Assembly: GCA_963796685.1 (NCBI GenBank)
Contig: CAWCMR010000013.1
Span: 416,001 to 480,000 of the forward strand
DNA: 64,000 bases
Source: an uncultured delta proteobacterium
GTDB lineage: Bacteria; Myxococcota_A; Polyangia; Fen-1088
Reading direction: 5' to 3'
Both the position numbers and the translations under genes were made by a program. Of the stretch, positions 60,680-64,000 are shown one piece after another; positions within the stretch are counted from its first letter, which is position 1, and the number at the start of each line of letters is the position of its first letter. The notes beneath the pieces are model-generated. The model ran no database searches, was not told the origin of the DNA, and saw only the letters and a program-made list of their open reading frames with translations.

Positions 60680-61624
60680 CCCAAATTACGCAGTTTGCGC
60701 TCGTCGTCATCGGGGTGGGCATCGCTTCCGTGATCGCCTCGCTCAAAGGCAGTGCGAAATGGCTTCTGCTGATCGTGGGCGCTTTCGTGGCCTGGATCGT
60801 GCTGCCGACGGTGATTCTGAACGGCAAGTGGGGCTACTACCAGGAAGATGGAGCGGCGATGGCAGGGGGATCCGTCCCCACCTTCCACGAGAGCAAGGAG
60901 GCCAACAGCAAATGGGCCGTGGATCTTGCCACGGAGGTTTGCGGCGACGCGGAGGGCTTCGATACACGGGACCACTCTCTGCAGGCGGTAGCGATGCCCG
61001 AACGGGCAATGGTTGAGCACTTGTTCTATTACAGCAGCTACAGCAATGTGATCTGGCGCGGGTTGGGCTGGAAAGATCGATACTGTTTGGCCCGCTATCT
61101 GGTGGTGGACAGACGAGATGCGTACCTTGTACTGGCTTCCAACACAGCTCTTTCCGTACCCTTTCGTTCCACTGGTGCCCGACACAAAGAGGCTGGAAGA
61201 GCGTCTTCTCGACCGCCTGCCGCCTCCGCCCAAGGCGCCGGACGGCGTGCGTTCGCTGCTCCCGGGCCAATGCGTAACCGGCGAGCTCGCAAAGGGTGAG
61301 ACTGCTCGTTTTCAGGTGCAGATGCCCTATTTCGGTCAGAAGATCAGACTCGACGTTAGCTTGGAGTGTGTCTACAAGGAGGACTACGCAGGACTCGTCG
61401 AGTGGACGAAGAACGGCAATCCCATCACGGGATTGACGGACGCGAGCGACGGTGGTGGGCTGTATCAGATCACGCTTCGAGCACCTGTCACCGGAGCGAA
61501 ACCGTACATAGTTGGCATCTTCTGGGGAGTCCACGATCACACATGCGACCGGCCCAGAGACTGGTGGTGGAAAAGATGTCGGCGCAGGTCGGATCCTGAC
61601 GCAACTGGCGCGACACCGAATTGA
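60676..61624 (+). CDS. Membrane-anchored hypothetical protein, candidate immunity/accessory protein (probable frameshift about 61072)
   Basis: ATG overlaps the vgrG stop; two N-terminal TM helices; ORFs 60676-61299 and 61118-61624 join by a one-base deletion (WK-IDTVWPAIWWW). Confidence 0.6.
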
Positions 61625-61668
61625 GTAAGCAAGCGTGGGGCAAGTACAAGAGCATCGGAGAACGGGAA

Positions 61669-63334
61669 ATGGCAGATAGAGATGGTTTTGACCCGAGCTT
61701 CCTGAGCGCCGCCGCATCCTGTGCTCTTCGCGACGCAAGCGCCGATGCCGCCACGCTAAAAACCTACTTCCAGACCAACCTGCGCTACGTCGATCCACTG
61801 TTCTATACCAACCTGTTTAATAGACTGGTCCGAGAAGTCCCCTCGGATCCCAGGGTCGTGACCGTGGCAAAGGAGACCAGTCAGGCTCTGCCCGTGATTG
61901 ACTTCGTCTATATGGATGTCGGCTGCTGGGCAGGAGCCGGCAACAACCAGGAGACAAAAGCCAAGGGGTGGACCAAGCACCGGGAATTCGGTGTGATTTG
62001 TGGCTACATGATCTTGCTCTGTGCCTTCGTCCCGGAGGAGAAGCCGAACTACTACGACCGCTACTCCAACCCGCAGGCATGGGACACGGACACGAGACAG
62101 CTTGCGCCCAGCGTGCTCATCGACGCCACGCTCACCCGTCACCCCGACTGGCCGAGGATTGCGGACGCTGCTGGACACGCTGGTAAACTGTGTTCCCAAT
62201 TCCAAGCTCTCCGTGCTCGGCGCCACGGCACTCACCTCCATCTACGTTCCCGTGCCCGCGCGCAAGAAGACGACGCCCATCACGATTTTCCTAGGCGACA
62301 TGCACGCGCCGGTCGCGACCAGTTCAGCGAACGCGCACATCGTGCAAGATGACCGTGAGATGCTGCGCGGCCGGCTGGAGGTCAGCGACTCCGACTTGCA
62401 CTGGCTCCGATCCGTCGCCATCGATCCGTGGCCCGTGCTAGCGGGCAAGGTGGGTAAGCGCATCCTCGACAACCAGAAGGATTTGCAGTGGGAGCAGACC
62501 ACCTCGCGCGAGTCGGTCGACAACTGGCTTCGTCTCTACCACGTCGAGGGGCAACGAACTGCGGACATCTTCCAAGATGCCGGCAAGGATCTGCGCGCGT
62601 TCGTCGACGCCCTGGCAGACTTTCACCAAAACACCTGGCCGCTCGAGCTCGTGCAACTGGGCGATCTCTTCGACCTCTGGCTGGGTTTTCAGCGTGCGTT
62701 TGGCGAGAAGCTCGGAAAGACCCCGGCCCTGGACAACCTGCACGGCAAGGCGCTCGACTTCGCCCGCTTTTGGGTCGAGCGCAGCCTGTTCGAGACCGAC
62801 CAGGGGCCGCACCTGGTCCACCTGCTGACGCTCGGCGAGCGTGCCGGAAAGAATCGACAAACCGGTGCGCCTCTGCGGACGACCTTCATCCACGGCAATC
62901 ACGACAACTATCTGAAGCACGGCGGTGGAAAGCCTATCGAGGTGCCTTCTGACCACGAGCACGCGGGCCTGAAGATCAACGCCTTTCACCTGCCGTCATT
63001 CGAAGAAAAGACCGGCCTGTGGGCCGAACACGGCCACCAGCCCGACAGCTTCAATCGCGACGAGAACCCCAGCTCCGGACACCAGTTGACCCAGGCCGCG
63101 TTCTTTCAGCCGGACGTGCGCAGATTCGAGGGGCCAGCGGGCTGGGCGACCTCGATGGGAGACGGCAAGGGAATCCAGCGCGTGAAGAGCATCGATCATG
63201 CCCTGCATCGCTGCCTGCTCGACCACGTCGATCATGGCCAGCCCTGCCGTGGCGCGTACGTCATGGGCCATACCCACGAGGCCATGCTCAAGCGGGTCGA
63301 GTTGTGGCCATGTCCGCCGCACAAGTACCGCTAG
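61669..63334 (+). CDS. Calcineurin-like metallophosphoesterase with unknown N-terminal domain (frameshift about 62156)
   Basis: Motifs GDMH, LGDLFDLW, HGNHD, EHGH and MGHTH in the correct order; ORFs 61621-62352 and 62021-63334 join at HPDWPR-LRTLL. Confidence 0.78.
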
Positions 63335-63442
63335 CCTGAACTACCGTTGGGAAGCGGGGCGCGGCACCAGAAAACAGCGCGCGGTGACAAGATCGAGATT
63401 GTCCTTCGGTCGCGTAGGAAGTTAGATCGTGGTTCGGAGACG

Positions 63443-64000
63443 ATGATGGGGAAGATGTCGAACAGGATGATCACGGCGAGAGCGATTGCGACCGCACTGG
63501 TGGTGGCCACGCTGGTCGCCGCGCCGGCGCGCGCGGCCGACAAGCTCGAGGCCAAGGAGCGCAAGGCGCGGGTGGAGTGCGCGGCGGGCGACTATGCCGA
63601 AGGGGTGCGACTGCTGGCCGAGCTTTGGGTGGCCACGGGCGATGCCACGTTCTTGTACAACCAGGGGCGCTGCTACGAGCAGAGCGGCCAGAACGATCTG
63701 GCTGTCAGCCGGTTCCGTGAATACCTGCGCAAGGCCCCGGCCTTGCCGGCGGAAGATGTCGAAGCGGTGAACCGGCGCATCGACGAGCTCCAGCGCCAGG
63801 CGGCGAGTCGCGCGGCCCCTGCCCCGACGGTCATCAACCTGGTCTCGCCGACGGCCCCGCCTCTCCCTGCACCTGCACCCTCGCCTGCGGCGAGCGTCGA
63901 CCGCTCGGCCGAGCTGGTGTCCTCGCCTCAGCCCGCGCCTGCTTCCGATTCTCCGGTGTACGCCCGCTGGTGGTTTTGGACCGGCGTCGGCGCCGTCGTG
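63443..64000 (+). CDS. Exported TPR protein (partial), paralog-like to 53120-53980
   Basis: Hand translation: signal peptide, ECAAGDYAEGVRLLAELW...LYNQGRCYEQ, Pro-rich linker, PVYARWWFWTGVGAVV; runs off the window. Confidence 0.8.
   Translation, partial: MMGKMSNRMITARAIATALVVATLVAAPARAADKLEAKERKARVECAAGDYAEGVRLLAELWVATGDATFLYNQGRCYEQSGQNDLAVSRFREYLRKAPALPAEDVEAVNRRIDELQRQAASRAAPAPTVINLVSPTAPPLPAPAPSPAASVDRSAELVSSPQPAPASDSPVYARWWFWTGVGAVV

Overview
GC-rich bacterial DNA whose gene content (four Ser/Thr kinases, an FHA-GAF sigma54 activator, TPR/PEGA-type proteins, an AgmX/PglI-like lipoprotein, Cys-rich lipoproteins) suggests Myxococcota/Polyangia; this is an inference. About 1-50 kb is mostly housekeeping: relA/spoT (partial), gmk, yicC, polA, acyl-CoA ligase, DEAD-box helicase, CCA enzyme, rnc, ABC1 kinase, htrA, infA, cardiolipin synthase, xth, Clp-like ATPase, mgtA and a CDF transporter. 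Several odd proteins are interspersed: a degenerate ETF alpha/beta pair, an RpiB-pseudo-Pgi fusion, and a lipo-cytochrome c / beta-barrel / Tat-Rieske operon. About 50-64 kb is accessory: kinase-TPR-lipoprotein modules and an orphan T6SS spike cassette. That cassette is an extended VgrG, a membrane protein and a calcineurin-like (LpxH-type motif) metallophosphoesterase, and it is the best candidate for an undescribed effector system. About 12 single-base indels break reading frames, including polA. They are most likely sequencing errors, but most sit at GAGNTC, which may reveal a host DNA-modification motif. No tRNA, rRNA, CRISPR array or transposase was recognised. All family assignments come from motif recognition by eye, not database searches.
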